Position numbers and translations under genes: made by a program
Shown: piece after piece, positions 42,291 through 54,529 of the stretch
Position numbering within the stretch: position 1 is the stretch's first letter
Layout of the letters: every line of letters begins with the position of its first letter
The notes under the pieces: generated by a model
Database searches by the model: none
Told to the model about the DNA's origin: nothing
What the model saw: the letters and a program-made list of their open reading frames with translations, nothing else
Source: Escherichia coli
GTDB taxonomy: Bacteria; Pseudomonadota; Gammaproteobacteria; Enterobacterales; Enterobacteriaceae
DNA length: 64,000 nucleotides
NCBI RefSeq assembly: GCF_024223415.1
Contig: NZ_CP100500.1
Strand: one strand, 5' to 3'

Positions 42291-42419
42291 ATCCGGCTGA
42301 TAGCTTATAAATCCGGTGATGTTCGGTGACTAAAAAACATAAAAAAACCCGCCAATCAAGTGATTAGCGGGTTATCCCTGTCTTATCCGGTGCTTTCCGG
42401 TGATATCCGGTGGGCGATT

Positions 42420-42496
42420 TGGTCGGCACGAGAGGATTTGAACCTCCGACCCCCGACACCCCATGACGGTGCGCTACCAGGCTGCGCTACGTGCCG
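42420..42496 (-). tRNA. proL: tRNA-Pro (proL-type)
   Basis: Reverse complement reads CGGCACGTAGCGCAGCCTGGTAGCGCACCGTCATGGGGTGTCGGGGGTCGGAGGTTCAAATCCTCTCGTGCCGACCA (77 nt, cloverleaf-compatible). Confidence 0.9.
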
Positions 42497-42570
42497 ACTC
42501 GTGGCTGTTAATACTACCGTTTTCCACACCGATTGCAAGTAAGATATTTCGCTAACTGATTTATAATTAA

Positions 42571-44331
42571 TCAGTTAGCGATAAAACGCTTCTCGTCTGT
42601 CAGTACTTGCAATAACAAACTTAACTGTGGTTTTTCATCTTTCACTCTTTCACCACGTAAGTTGTAAGTGCGGTATTTACCGTTATTGTTCAGCACCAGC
42701 GTCTTTTTCGGGGTGGTAATTGCCAGCGTATCGTTATCCGCTGCGGTAACCCAGTAATGACGGCGTTGAGGGTTGAACAAATCCTGACCTTGCGAATATT
42801 CGCTGGCAGGTGTGCTGACATGTAGCAGGCGTTGCATCAGCGTCGTCATCAGATCGGTATGATCAGTCAGCGCATTAATACGCTGCGCCGGCGTGCCTGG
42901 CCAGTGAATCACTAATGGCACCTGCAGGTGACCGTGGGACCAGTCAAAGGTTTCTTCCTCTTCGCTCAGTGGAATACCCCGACCGGCAGTGATAATCACC
43001 ACCGTATTGCCCAGTTTGCCAGAATCACGCAGTGCATTGAGCACGCGGTTGATCTGGTCATCGACATTGCCTGCCGCCCGGCTATATTTCCGTGCAAATG
43101 CCTGCTGATTGCTGTCGTCAATGTTGGTGCCATTGAAAGAGACCCACGAGAACCAGCGGTTATCTTCTTGTGCGTAGCGTCCCAGCCAGTTGATCCACTG
43201 CGTGGCGGTCTGCTCGTCGGATTGGGTGCGTACGCTCGGCATCGAGAAATCTGACAACAATGCCTGACGATAAAGCGGACTGGTAAAGCCATCTGACGAG
43301 AATAGGCCCAACTGATAGCCTTGCTGGTTGAGAGCGGTAATTAACGCCGCAGGCGTACGGGTCGACAGAATGCCGTCCATATAGCTCGGTGAGATGCCAT
43401 AGAACAGGCCAAAGATGCCGTTGTCTGTAGTGTTGCCGGAGCTCATATGGCGCGTGAACGAAATATTTTGCTCAGCAAAACCTGCCAGCGCAGGCATCTG
43501 CTTCTCGAAGCGTGAGTAGTTCAGGCCATCGACAGTAATCAACAAGACATTCTGCCCGGTGCCCATATCGCGATAGCGCAGTTCGCTTAACGGATACTGA
43601 ACGGAAACGGCGTCTGGATTACCTTGCTCAATAAGACGGCGTTGATACTCCTGTGCATCAAGCAGGCCATGCTTTTCAAGAAAACGTCGCGCCGTCATCG
43701 GGTACGAAAGCGGCAGGTTAGCGCGCTGCATGGTGATCGGGCGATAGAAGTTGGCATCGGCCCAGATATACACCACATGCGAGGCGATAAAGGCGATAAA
43801 TAAGAATGCGGCCAGCGGACGCGCGAAGCGCCGACGACGCGTCAGGCTGCGCAGCTTTTGCCAGCTCCACGTCGCAAACACCAGTTCAAGCAATAAAATA
43901 ACCGGCACGCTGATGAACATCAGCTGCCAGTCGCGCGCCATCTCATTTTCGTCTGGGTTGATAACCAGTTGCCAGACGATGGGATTAAGATGGAGATGGA
44001 AACGAGTAAAGACTTCGCTATCGATCAGTAATAGCGTCATTCCCGCCGTTGCCAGAATGACGGACAAAAACCTCATCAGCCTCTGGGAGCCGACGATAAA
44101 GGTCAGCGGGAAGAGGATCAGCAAGTAGGTGGCGAACACCAGGAAGCTGAAATGGCCGATAATGCTTACGTAGGAATAAATGCGACCAGCAAGCGTGGTC
44201 GGCCAGTCGGCGATAAACAGGTAACGGCTGCCAATGACGAGCGAAAGCAGAATATTGAACAGTGCAAACCAGTGCCCCCAACTGACCATCTGGGAGACTT
44301 TTTCACGGTAGCGCTGACGATGAGTTACCAT
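42571..44331 (-). CDS. yejM: Inner membrane protein YejM (LapC), sulfatase-like
   Basis: 586 aa, N-terminal TM helices and periplasmic sulfatase-like domain. Confidence 0.9.
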   Translation of the reverse strand: MVTHRQRYREKVSQMVSWGHWFALFNILLSLVIGSRYLFIADWPTTLAGRIYSYVSIIGHFSFLVFATYLLILFPLTFIVGSQRLMRFLSVILATAGMTLLLIDSEVFTRFHLHLNPIVWQLVINPDENEMARDWQLMFISVPVILLLELVFATWSWQKLRSLTRRRRFARPLAAFLFIAFIASHVVYIWADANFYRPITMQRANLPLSYPMTARRFLEKHGLLDAQEYQRRLIEQGNPDAVSVQYPLSELRYRDMGTGQNVLLITVDGLNYSRFEKQMPALAGFAEQNISFTRHMSSGNTTDNGIFGLFYGISPSYMDGILSTRTPAALITALNQQGYQLGLFSSDGFTSPLYRQALLSDFSMPSVRTQSDEQTATQWINWLGRYAQEDNRWFSWVSFNGTNIDDSNQQAFARKYSRAAGNVDDQINRVLNALRDSGKLGNTVVIITAGRGIPLSEEEETFDWSHGHLQVPLVIHWPGTPAQRINALTDHTDLMTTLMQRLLHVSTPASEYSQGQDLFNPQRRHYWVTAADNDTLAITTPKKTLVLNNNGKYRTYNLRGERVKDEKPQLSLLLQVLTDEKRFIAN

Positions 44332-44350
44332 AACCTGTTATCTGTTTCCC

Positions 44351-44578
44351 TTAGTGCGCTTTGTCTTCGTTGATAGAGGACTGTAAGGCGCGGGCAAAAG
44401 AGTTGGCAATTGCCTGGCGTTGGGCCGGGGCAATGCTGGTGTTGATAAGGTTAGTGACCATGTTGCCTAACACCATCAGGGAAAGGTCGGTCGGAGCCTT
44501 ATGTTTTTCCAGTACGTTGAGCAGCTCTGCGAGCAATTGTTCAACCTGTTCATCACTGTAGCGGGAAATTTGTGGCAT
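44351..44578 (-). CDS. yejL: UPF0352 protein YejL
   Basis: 75-aa ORF upstream of yejM on the same strand. Confidence 0.85.
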
Positions 44579-44759
44579 AAATCGAAATCAGTTAGTTGAT
44601 GAAAGGGCAACATATTACCGTAGCAACGGTTTTTTTTCTGCTTTTTTATGCGTTAAATCATTCTCGTTACGCTGCCTTCTGTAAAATGACCGCCATCTTT
44701 TATTGCGTCGCTTAACCGGCGGTGGTTGAATACCGCCCGGTCTTAAAGGAGAGTTTATC

Positions 44760-45767
44760 ATGAGTCTGGATATCAACCAGATTGCTCTGCACCAGCTTAT
44801 CAAGCGTGATGAGCAGAACCTTGAGCTGGTGTTGCGCGATTCATTGCTGGAACCGACAGAAACCGTCGTTGAGATGGTGGCAGAACTGCATCGGGTCTAT
44901 AGCGCCAAAAATAAAGCTTACGGCTTGTTTAGCGAAGAGAGTGAACTGGCGCAGACGCTGCGCTTACAGCGTCAGGGCGAAGAGGACTTTCTGGCATTTA
45001 GCCGCGCGGCAACCGGTCGCCTGCGTGACGAATTAGCGAAATATCCTTTTGCTGACGGTGGATTCGTGCTGTTTTGCCACTACCGTTATCTGGCGGTGGA
45101 GTATCTGCTGGTGGCAGTTCTGAGCAACCTGAGCAGTATGCGCGTTAACGAAAATCTCGACATCAACCCAACCCATTATCTTGATATCAATCATGCGGAT
45201 ATTGTTGCGCGTATCGATTTAACCGAATGGGAAACCAATCCAGAGTCGACCCGCTATCTCACTTTCCTGAAAGGGCGAGTAGGGCGCAAAGTGGCGGATT
45301 TCTTTATGGATTTCCTCGGGGCCAGCGAAGGATTGAACGCGAAAGCGCAAAACCGTGGGCTGTTGCAAGCGGTTGATGATTTCACTGCCGAAGCACAACT
45401 GGATAAAGCAGAGCGACAGAACGTGCGCCAGCAGGTTTATAGCTACTGTAATGAGCAGCTGCAGGCAGGCGAAGAGATCGAACTGGAATCGCTGTCGAAA
45501 GAGCTGGCAGGCGTCAGCGAAGTGAGCTTCACGGAGTTTGCGGCTGAAAAAGGCTACGAACTGGAAGAGAGCTTCCCGGCAGACCGTAGCACACTGCGTC
45601 AGTTGACGAAGTTTGCCGGTAGCGGCGGTGGCTTGACTATTAATTTTGATGCGATGCTGTTGGGCGAACGGATTTTCTGGGATCCGGCGACCGATACCCT
45701 GACTATTAAAGGCACGCCGCCGAATTTGCGCGATCAATTGCAGCGCCGGACGTCCGGCGGCAATTAA
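44760..45767 (+). CDS. yejK: Nucleoid-associated protein YejK (NdpA)
   Basis: 335-aa ORF divergent from yejL. Confidence 0.9.
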
Positions 45768-45861
45768 TCGGTTTTGTGTTATGAATGCCAGATGCGGCGT
45801 GAACGCCTTATCTGGCCTGCAAAAAATAGCAATATCGTAATCAGGCATAATCTGCAGATAC

Positions 45862-45890
45862 AAAAAACCCCGCCGGAGCGGGGTTTTTTA
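45862..45890. terminator. Bidirectional terminator between yejK and rplY
   Basis: aaaaaaccccgccggagcggggtttttt. Confidence 0.6.
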
Positions 45891-45905
45891 CAACTTATTC
45901 AGCAA

Positions 45906-46298
<393 letters not shown>

Positions 46299-46314
46299 TC
46301 AATCAAAACTACCA

Positions 46315-48075
46315 TTAACCGCGTAATTCGTGTGCCCGACGAAAACGACCTTCGTAATCGAACACTTTTTCACGCACTTGCCAGTACTGACCTTTCATGC
46401 GGGCAACGACAAAATCCGGGTGTCGCAATAAGGCTTGCTGGGCGAGGATATCGGCGGCGGTGATCCAGCGCAGAGGGATGCCCGGTGTGCGCGTATGCGG
46501 GCGGATAAAAAGCTGCTCGAAGGCAGTTCGCTGGGCGGGCGTTTGCAGACGGAAACGCTCACTCACATCCGCGCCGTCTTCATCGTAATAGGTGATTTTC
46601 AACCATTCGCCTTTCTCGTCGTGCCCATGCTGCAAAGACATGCCGCTACAGCGTAATACCAGCGCATCTTTCAGTCGTAGCGCCGCTTTTAACATATCAT
46701 CCGGATCAACCAGTACCGTGTCACATTCGCGGCAGCGGCGAGCGGCAATATCATTTTCTGCGTTACATTGCGGGCAATTTTTAAAACGGAAACGGAAGTC
46801 ACACTGTTCGCGATGACCGTCGTCATCTTCAAACCATCCCTGACAGCGGCGACCAAAGTGTTCAATCAATGTCCCGTCGGCGGTCGTTTTCCCCCAAAAG
46901 GTGTTGGCAAAACCGCAGGCAGGGCAGAAAACCTGTACCGGAACGTTGTCACTTTTGCCTTTCGGTGTACCAACTTCCGGCGCGTAGAGATCGTGAGGAT
47001 TACCCGCATAATCAAGAATTAAGCAATCAGTCTTGCCAGGAGCGAGACGCAGACCGCGCCCGACAATTTGTTGGTAAAGACTCACTGATTCGGTAGGGCG
47101 CAGAATGGCGATAAGATCGACGTGCGGGGCGTCAAATCCGGTGGTCAGTACCGCGACGTTGACCAGATAGCGAAAACGCTGGGCTTTAAAATCTTCAATT
47201 AACACATCGCGCTCAGCGCCGGGGGTGTCGCCAGTAATCAGTGCAGCATCTTCGGCGGGTAGTAATCCCACAATCTCTTTTGCGTGTTCAACGGTGGCGG
47301 CGAAAATCATCACCCCTTTGCGCGTTGCAGCAAACTCCATAATCTGGCTGATGATGTGCGGGGTAATACGTTGTTGTTTTTTTAGCTCGCGGTTGAGATC
47401 GGCTTCGCTGAATAGCCCGTTACTCTGTGCCTGCAAGCGGCTGAAATCGTATTGCACTACTGGCATATCCAGTCGTTCTGGCGGCGTCAGATAGCCGTGT
47501 TTAATCATATAACGCAGCGGCAGTTCATAAATGCAGTCACGGAAAAGGGCTTTCTCATCGCCGCGTACCATGCCGTGATAATGGAACTGGTAGATCCAGC
47601 CTTTGCCCAGTCGAAAAGGCGTGGCAGTCAGCCCCAGCAGGCGTAAGTGGGGATTCACTTTTGTCAGGTGAGTGAGGATTTGCTGATACTGGCTCTCTTC
47701 ATCGTCACCAATACGGTGACATTCATCGACAATCAACAGCGAAAATTCACCCTGAAAGGCATCAAGATTACGGGCGACCGACTGCACGCTGCCAAATACC
47801 ACTTTACCGTGGCTCTCTTTGCGCTTTAGCCCGGCGGCAAAAATATCGGCTTCCAGCCCCAGCGCCTGATACTTTGCATGGTTTTGCGCCACCAGTTCTT
47901 TAACGTGTGCCAGCACCAGCACGCGACCACGAGCCAGCCGCGCAAGTTCCGCTATCACCAGGCTTTTACCTGCACCGGTGGGCAGCACGATAACGGCAGG
48001 GGTTTTATGATGACGAAAATGGTTGAGCGTGGCATCCACGGCTTCTTGCTGATATGGGCGAAGTGTAAAAATCAT
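46315..48075 (-). CDS. radD: ATP-dependent helicase RadD (YejH)
   Basis: 586 aa, Walker A LPTGAGKS, DExH box LIVDECH, C-terminal zinc-finger Cys motifs. Confidence 0.9.
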   Translation of the reverse strand: MIFTLRPYQQEAVDATLNHFRHHKTPAVIVLPTGAGKSLVIAELARLARGRVLVLAHVKELVAQNHAKYQALGLEADIFAAGLKRKESHGKVVFGSVQSVARNLDAFQGEFSLLIVDECHRIGDDEESQYQQILTHLTKVNPHLRLLGLTATPFRLGKGWIYQFHYHGMVRGDEKALFRDCIYELPLRYMIKHGYLTPPERLDMPVVQYDFSRLQAQSNGLFSEADLNRELKKQQRITPHIISQIMEFAATRKGVMIFAATVEHAKEIVGLLPAEDAALITGDTPGAERDVLIEDFKAQRFRYLVNVAVLTTGFDAPHVDLIAILRPTESVSLYQQIVGRGLRLAPGKTDCLILDYAGNPHDLYAPEVGTPKGKSDNVPVQVFCPACGFANTFWGKTTADGTLIEHFGRRCQGWFEDDDGHREQCDFRFRFKNCPQCNAENDIAARRCRECDTVLVDPDDMLKAALRLKDALVLRCSGMSLQHGHDEKGEWLKITYYDEDGADVSERFRLQTPAQRTAFEQLFIRPHTRTPGIPLRWITAADILAQQALLRHPDFVVARMKGQYWQVREKVFDYEGRFRRAHELRG

Positions 48076-48224
48076 GGTCTCGCGTAGGTAGATTATTCTG
48101 CTAATAGTATGCCACGGATCTTTTTCCCTTGAGGGATGTTATTAGACCGCTATACTGGGCAGACAACAGTTCAGATTTTCGGGTCATTACCCGACCTCCG
48201 TTTTTTACAGGCAAAATCACACAC

Positions 48225-48920
48225 ATGCGACTTGATAAATTTATCGCACAGCAACTCGGCGTTAGCCGTGCTATTGCCGGGCGTGAAATCCGCGGCAATC
48301 GTGTCACCGTCGATGGCGAAATCGTCCGTAATGCAGCGTTCAAACTGCTTCCTGAACATGATGTCGCTTATGATGGCAACCCGCTGGCGCAGCAACACGG
48401 TCCACGTTACTTCATGCTCAATAAGCCTCAGGGCTATGTTTGCTCCACGGACGACCCTGATCACCCAACGGTGCTCTATTTTCTAGATGAACCAGTGGCG
48501 TGGAAACTGCACGCCGCAGGGCGGCTGGATATCGATACCACCGGTCTGGTGCTAATGACTGATGATGGTCAGTGGTCGCACCGCATTACTTCTCCGCGCC
48601 ATCATTGCGAGAAGACCTATCTGGTGACGCTGGAATCACCCGTAGCTGACGATACGGCAGAGCAATTTGCTAAAGGCGTGCAGCTGCATAACGAAAAAGA
48701 TCTCACTAAGCCGGCGGTGCTGGAAGTGATTACCCCAACGCAGGTTCGTCTGACCATCAGCGAAGGGCGTTATCATCAGGTGAAACGCATGTTCGCCGCT
48801 GTGGGTAACCATGTGGTTGAGCTGCATCGTGAACGTATTGGCGGCATTACGCTGGATGCTGATTTAGCCCCCGGTGAATATCGTCCGTTAACTGAAGAAG
48901 AAATTGCCAGCGTCGTCTAA
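48225..48920 (+). CDS. rsuA: 16S rRNA pseudouridine516 synthase RsuA
   Basis: ORF 48129-48920; likely start [15 protein letters not shown] (231 aa); S4 domain plus pseudouridine synthase core. Confidence 0.85.
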
Positions 48921-48947
48921 CTTTTCAATGACTTTCAGGAGCCCGTT

Positions 48948-50138
48948 GTGACCACCCGACAGCATTCGTCGTTTGCTATTGTTTTTATCCTTGGCCTGCT
49001 GGCCATGTTGATGCCGCTGTCGATTGATATGTATCTGCCCGCGCTACCGGTAATTTCAGCGCAGTTTGGCGTACCGGCGGGCAGTACGCAGATGACCCTC
49101 AGTACTTATATTCTGGGCTTTGCGTTGGGGCAGTTAATCTACGGGCCGATGGCAGACAGCTTCGGGCGTAAGCCGGTGGTTCTTGGCGGTACGCTGGTGT
49201 TTGCCGCCGCCGCGGTGGCGTGTGCGTTGGCACAAACCATCGATCAGCTGATTGTGATGCGTTTCTTCCACGGGCTGGCGGCGGCTGCGGCCAGCGTGGT
49301 TATCAACGCCTTGATGCGTGATATCTACCCGAAAGAAGAGTTCTCGCGGATGATGTCGTTTGTCATGCTGGTGACAACCATTGCACCGCTGATGGCACCG
49401 ATAGTTGGCGGCTGGGTGCTGGTGTGGCTGAGCTGGCATTACATCTTCTGGATCCTCGCCGTGGCGGCGATTTTGGCTTCGGCAATGATCTTCTTTCTGA
49501 TCAAAGAAACCTTACCACCGGAGCGTCGCCAGCCTTTTCACATTCGTACCACTATTGGTAACTTTGCGGCGCTGTTCCGCCATAAACGTGTCCTGAGCTA
49601 CATGCTTGCCAGTGGTTTCAGCTTTGCCGGGATGTTCTCGTTCTTAAGCGCCGGACCGTTTGTCTACATTGAAATTAACCACGTCGCGCCGGAAAACTTT
49701 GGTTATTACTTTGCACTAAACATTGTTTTCCTGTTCGTGATGACCATCTTTAATAGCCGCTTCGTCCGCCGTATTGGCGCGTTAAATATGTTCCGCTCTG
49801 GGTTGTGGATACAATTTATTATGGCAGCGTGGATGGTCATCAGTGCGCTGCTGGGGCTGGGATTTTGGTCGCTGGTGGTTGGCGTTGCGGCGTTTGTGGG
49901 CTGCGTGTCGATGGTGTCATCCAATGCGATGGCGGTCATTCTTGATGAGTTTCCCCATATGGCGGGAACGGCATCTTCGCTGGCAGGAACCTTCCGTTTT
50001 GGCATAGGGGCAATTGTTGGCGCATTGCTTTCTCTTGCGACCTTTAACTCTGCATGGCCGATGATTTGGTCAATTGCATTCTGCGCAACCAGCTCCATTC
50101 TCTTCTGTCTGTACGCCAGTCGGCCGAAAAAACGGTGA
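48948..50138 (+). CDS. bcr: MFS efflux transporter Bcr
   Basis: 396-aa 12-TM MFS protein. Confidence 0.9.
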   Translation: MTTRQHSSFAIVFILGLLAMLMPLSIDMYLPALPVISAQFGVPAGSTQMTLSTYILGFALGQLIYGPMADSFGRKPVVLGGTLVFAAAAVACALAQTIDQLIVMRFFHGLAAAAASVVINALMRDIYPKEEFSRMMSFVMLVTTIAPLMAPIVGGWVLVWLSWHYIFWILAVAAILASAMIFFLIKETLPPERRQPFHIRTTIGNFAALFRHKRVLSYMLASGFSFAGMFSFLSAGPFVYIEINHVAPENFGYYFALNIVFLFVMTIFNSRFVRRIGALNMFRSGLWIQFIMAAWMVISALLGLGFWSLVVGVAAFVGCVSMVSSNAMAVILDEFPHMAGTASSLAGTFRFGIGAIVGALLSLATFNSAWPMIWSIAFCATSSILFCLYASRPKKR

Positions 50139-50470
50139 TCTATTGCACAACGAGGAAGCTAAAAGGCTTCCTTTGTTGATGCATGTCAACCACAAATCTA
50201 TCATTCCCCCGATATATGTTTATTTTATGTAAAATCAATTTATGTAAAAAGTCACATCATTGTAGTTAAAAAGGTTGAGTTAGATCGCAGAAACGGGTAC
50301 ATATAGCCCCGCAAACGTGACCACGCCCGCAGATATTACTTAAATCAGAGCCATAGAGGCCACGCAGGCGAGGCATCAATCTTTACGATCTGTATAAAGA
50401 CGGATTGTTGATGATGTGTTAAAATTGATGTAAACAAATTGTGAAGTAAATGTGCTTCCGGGGAAAATAA

Positions 50471-50815
50471 GTGACTTCATTACAACTCTCAATCGTCCAT
50501 CGACTGCCGCAGAACTATCGCTGGTCTGCTGGTTTCGCAGGTTCGAAGGTTGAACCGATTCCGCAAAATGGACCGTGCGGTGACAACAGCCTGGTGGCGC
50601 TTAAATTGCTTAGCCCGGATGGTGATAATGCATGGTCGGTGATGTATAAACTAAGCCAGGCGTTAAGCGACATCGAAGTTCCATGTTCGGTGCTGGAGTG
50701 TGAAGGTGAGCCGTGCCTGTTTGTAAATCGCCAGGACGAGTTTGCTGCAACATGCCGATTGAAAAATTTTGGTGTGGCAATTGCCGAACCCTTTTCAAAC
50801 TACAATCCTTTTTAA
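50471..50815 (+). CDS. yejG: Uncharacterised protein YejG
   Basis: 114-aa ORF between bcr and yejF. Confidence 0.8.
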
Positions 50816-50818
50816 GCG

Positions 50819-52408
50819 TCAGCTCAACGCCAGTAGCTGACGCGTATACTCCTGCTGCGGTGTGGCAAACACGCGCGCGCACGGTCCTTGTTCCACTACT
50901 TCCCCTTGTCGCAGTACGATAACCTGATGACATAACGCGCGGACAACGTGCAAATCATGGCTGATAAACAAATAGGCCAGTTGATGCTTTTGTTGCAATG
51001 ATTTCAATAGCGTTAATATTTGCGCCTGTACCGTTTTGTCGAGTGATGATGTCGGTTCATCAAGTATGATCAGCGAGGGCTTAAGAATTAATGCCCTGGC
51101 AATCGCAATACGTTGTCGCTGACCACCAGAGAACTCCGCCGGATAACGGTGGCGTGTTTCAGGATCTAATCCCACTTCATGCATCACGGCTATCACTTGT
51201 TGTTCGCGTTGTGCGGCAGAAAGCGTCGGCTGGTGAACCCGTAAGCCTTCCTCAATAATCTGCAAAACGTTGAGTCGTGGGTTGAGCGAGGAGTTTGGAT
51301 CCTGAAATACCACCTGAATGCGATGACGAATAGGTAACAGCTGGCGGCGATTTAAATTTTGCAGTGGCTGACCGTCAAAGATGATGCTGCCCTGAGAATT
51401 AATCAGTCGCAGCAGCGCCAGTCCCGTCGTGCTTTTCCCGGAACCGGACTCGCCCACTAAACCCAGTGTTTCACCCGCCCGTAACGTAAAACTGATGTTT
51501 TTCACCACCACATTATGATCCACAATGCGCTTCAAAATCCCTTTGCGAATGGGGAAGGCAACCTGAAGCTGTTCAACATCCAGCAACGTTGAGGCAGGTT
51601 CTGGCAATGGCACCGGGTCGCCTGACGGTTCACTGTTGAGTAGCTTTTGTGTGTAAGGATGAGTGGGTGAGGCAAATAGCGTAGCGGCGTTATTTTGCTC
51701 GACACAGCGACCGTTTTGCATTACCGCCACGCGGTGGGCCAGTTTTCTGACAATGCTGAGATTATGAGTAATAAACAGCATGCCCATATTCAGCTCGCCT
51801 TGCAGTTCGCGCAACAGCTGTAAAATCTGCGCCTGGACAGAGACGTCCAGTGCGGTGGTCGGTTCATCGGCAATTAATAATTCCGGTCGCGTTAACAGTG
51901 CCATCGCAATCATCACCCGCTGGCGTTCGCCGCCGGAGAGCTGATGCGGATAATCTGTCAGCCGTTTTGCCGCCTGGCGGATACCGACGCGATCAAGGCA
52001 GTTAAGAATTTCGCCACGAGCCGCTTCCCGACGCATCCCGCGGTGGAGTGAAAGCACTTCATAAAGCTGTTTTTCCAGGGTATGCAATGGATTTAACGAC
52101 ACCATCGGCTCCTGAAAAATCATGGCGATCTTATTACCGCGTACACCGCGCAACGTTTGATCGCTGGCATGAAGCAGCGATTCGCCATGAAAACGAATAT
52201 CGCCGGAGAGATATTCAACCGGCGGGGAAGGGAGCAGGCGTAAAATTGACAGCGCGGTAACGCTTTTGCCTGAACCTGACTCACCCACCAGCGCCAGCGT
52301 TTCGCCAGCCTCAATCTGTAGTGAAACATCATTTACTACTGTACGTACGGTTTGCTGATGGCGAAAACCCACCGACAAATCTTCAATCGCTAACAGAGTT
52401 TGCGTCAT
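50819..52408 (-). CDS. yejF: ABC transporter ATPase YejF (two ATP-binding domains)
   Basis: ORF 50819-52456; probable start [11 protein letters not shown] (529 aa); duplicated Walker A (GESGSGKS). Confidence 0.9.
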   Translation of the reverse strand: MTQTLLAIEDLSVGFRHQQTVRTVVNDVSLQIEAGETLALVGESGSGKSVTALSILRLLPSPPVEYLSGDIRFHGESLLHASDQTLRGVRGNKIAMIFQEPMVSLNPLHTLEKQLYEVLSLHRGMRREAARGEILNCLDRVGIRQAAKRLTDYPHQLSGGERQRVMIAMALLTRPELLIADEPTTALDVSVQAQILQLLRELQGELNMGMLFITHNLSIVRKLAHRVAVMQNGRCVEQNNAATLFASPTHPYTQKLLNSEPSGDPVPLPEPASTLLDVEQLQVAFPIRKGILKRIVDHNVVVKNISFTLRAGETLGLVGESGSGKSTTGLALLRLINSQGSIIFDGQPLQNLNRRQLLPIRHRIQVVFQDPNSSLNPRLNVLQIIEEGLRVHQPTLSAAQREQQVIAVMHEVGLDPETRHRYPAEFSGGQRQRIAIARALILKPSLIILDEPTSSLDKTVQAQILTLLKSLQQKHQLAYLFISHDLHVVRALCHQVIVLRQGEVVEQGPCARVFATPQQEYTRQLLALS

Positions 52409-52409
52409 G

Positions 52410-53435
52410 CTACACCGCCTTATTAGGATCAAATGCGTCGCGGACGGCTTCACCAATAAAGATCAGCAAAGACAATAATATCGCCACCGACAAGAAGGCG
52501 GTGATCCCAAGCCACGGGGCCTGAAGGTTATTTTTCCCTTGTAACAGCAGTTCACCGAGTGACGGTGAACCGAGCGGCAGACCGAAGCCGAGGAAATCGA
52601 GTGAGGTCAGGGTGGTTATCGAACTACATAAAATAAACGGTAAAAAGGTGAGGGTCGCGACCATGGCATTAGGCAACATATGACGCAGGATGATACTGCG
52701 ATCGCTGACGCCAAGCGCCTGCGCCGCACGAATGTAGTCGAAATTACGGGTACGTAAAAACTCCGCCCGCACCACGCCGACCAGACTCATCCAGCCAAAC
52801 AAGACAGTAATTGCCAGCAGCCACCAGAAGTTAGGCTGTACGACGCTGGAAAGTAAAATAATCAAAAACAGCGTCGGCATCCCCGACCATACTTCAATAA
52901 AGCGCTGCCCCCAGAGATCGACCTTACCGCCGTAATAGCCTTGTAGCGCCCCCGCCAGCACGCCCATCACGCTGGAACAAAGAGTCAGCATCAGGCCAAA
53001 CAGAACCGAGATCCGCGTGCCATAGAGAATACGTGCCAGCACATCGCCGCCGTTGGCATCCGTTCCCAGCCAGTTTTGCCGGGAGGGGGGAGAAGGGAAG
53101 GGCTTATCGGTAGCAAAGTTGATACTGGTAGCACCAAAGCGAATCGGTGCCCACAGTACCCAGCCATTATTTTCCAGCCGTTGTTTCAGCCACGGGTCCT
53201 GATAATCAGCCTGACTTGCCAGAGGGCCGCCAAAATCGCTTTCACTGTAATTTTTCAACAACGGGAAATACCAACTGCCGTCATAACGCACCAGCAACGG
53301 TTTATCGTTGGCGATAAGTTCAGAACACAAACTCAAACCAAACAAAACGAGGAAAATCCATAACGACCAGTAGCCGCGACGGTTATGGCGAAAACGCGCC
53401 CAACGGGTCTGATTGACGGGGCTGAGTCGCGACAT
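52410..53435 (-). CDS. yejE: ABC transporter permease YejE
   Basis: 341-aa polytopic permease. Confidence 0.9.
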   Translation of the reverse strand: MSRLSPVNQTRWARFRHNRRGYWSLWIFLVLFGLSLCSELIANDKPLLVRYDGSWYFPLLKNYSESDFGGPLASQADYQDPWLKQRLENNGWVLWAPIRFGATSINFATDKPFPSPPSRQNWLGTDANGGDVLARILYGTRISVLFGLMLTLCSSVMGVLAGALQGYYGGKVDLWGQRFIEVWSGMPTLFLIILLSSVVQPNFWWLLAITVLFGWMSLVGVVRAEFLRTRNFDYIRAAQALGVSDRSIILRHMLPNAMVATLTFLPFILCSSITTLTSLDFLGFGLPLGSPSLGELLLQGKNNLQAPWLGITAFLSVAILLSLLIFIGEAVRDAFDPNKAV

Positions 53436-54529
53436 TAACGTCCCTCAAAATCTATACGCGGATCGACCAGCGTATAGCTGATATCACTGACAATATTCAG
53501 CAGCAGGCCAATCAGGGTGAAAATATACAAGGTACCAAACATTACAGGATAATCGCGCGAGACGGTCGCTTCGTAGCCCAGTAAGCCAAGACCATTGAGT
53601 GAAAACATCACCTCAATCAGCAGCGAGCCGGTAAAAAACATGCTGATAAACGTCGCCGGAAAACCGGCAATCACCAGCAGCATGGCGTTGCGGAACACAT
53701 GTTTCCAGAGAATATTTTTTTCACTTACCCCTTTCGCACGCGCGGTCACCACGTATTGCTTGCGCACTTCATCAAGGAATGAGTTTTTTGTCAGCATAGT
53801 CAGCGCCGCAAAGCCACCAATCACCGTCGCCAGCACCGGCAGCGTGATATGCCACAGATAATCGGTGATTTTCTGATACCACGGCAGCGAATCAAAGTTA
53901 GCGGAAACCAGGCCGCGTAGAGGGAACAGGTCGAAATAGCTGCCGCCTGCGAAGAAGACAATCAGCAGGATGGCAAACAAAAAGGCCGGAATGGCGTAGC
54001 CGATGATGATAAATGCGCTACTCCAGACGTCAAAGCGGCTCCCATTATAAACAGCTTTGCGAATGCCTAACGGAATCGACACCAGATAGATAATCAGCGT
54101 GCTCCACAATCCGAGGGTGATGGAAACCGGCAGACTGTCTTTAATCAGCGTCAGCACCGAGGCGCTGCGAAACAGGCTATCGCCAAAATCAAAGCGGATG
54201 TAGTCCCAGAGCATTTTGAAGTAACGTTCATGGATCGGCTTATCGAAACCGTAGCGATGAGTGATCTCGGCGATCACTTCTGGATCTAATCCGCGTCCGC
54301 CACGGTAATTACTGTCGCTGATATTGCCGACACCCGTTTGCGCATGGCTGGCACGAACACCTTCACCGCCTGCGCCGGGTAATACTCCGGCATTACCAAA
54401 CTCAATGGCGGCGATGGCCTGGTCGACCGGACCGCCAGGCGCAATTTGCACGATGAAAAAGTTGATAGTGATAATCGCCCATAACGTTGGGATCACCAGC
54501 AACAGACGGCGAATCAGATAAGCGCCCAT
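53435..54529 (-). CDS. yejB: ABC transporter permease YejB
   Basis: 364-aa polytopic permease. Confidence 0.9.

Larger units (their letters stand above)
31184..42419 (-). mobile_element. ~11.2-kb phage-satellite (PICI-like) integrative island at tRNA-Pro: int, alpA, replication module with iterons, ssb, perC-like, finO-like, gpE/gpD-like capsid genes, lambda-like cos
   Basis: Bounded by the tRNA-Pro 3' end (42420) and a degenerate copy of the tRNA 3' end (tggtccacgagag, 31184-31196); integrase adjacent to the tRNA; shared arm-type repeats cgtataacyaaacgtataactaaaa near both ends; not part of the K-12 yejO-proL layout as I recall it. Confidence 0.75.

Noticed and set aside
31184-42419. Island considered as a classical P4-type satellite
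   Set aside because: No recognisable sid, psu, delta or P4 alpha-type genes, and the capsid proteins are lambda gpE/gpD-like; the integrase/AlpA/primase layout fits PICI-like elements better.
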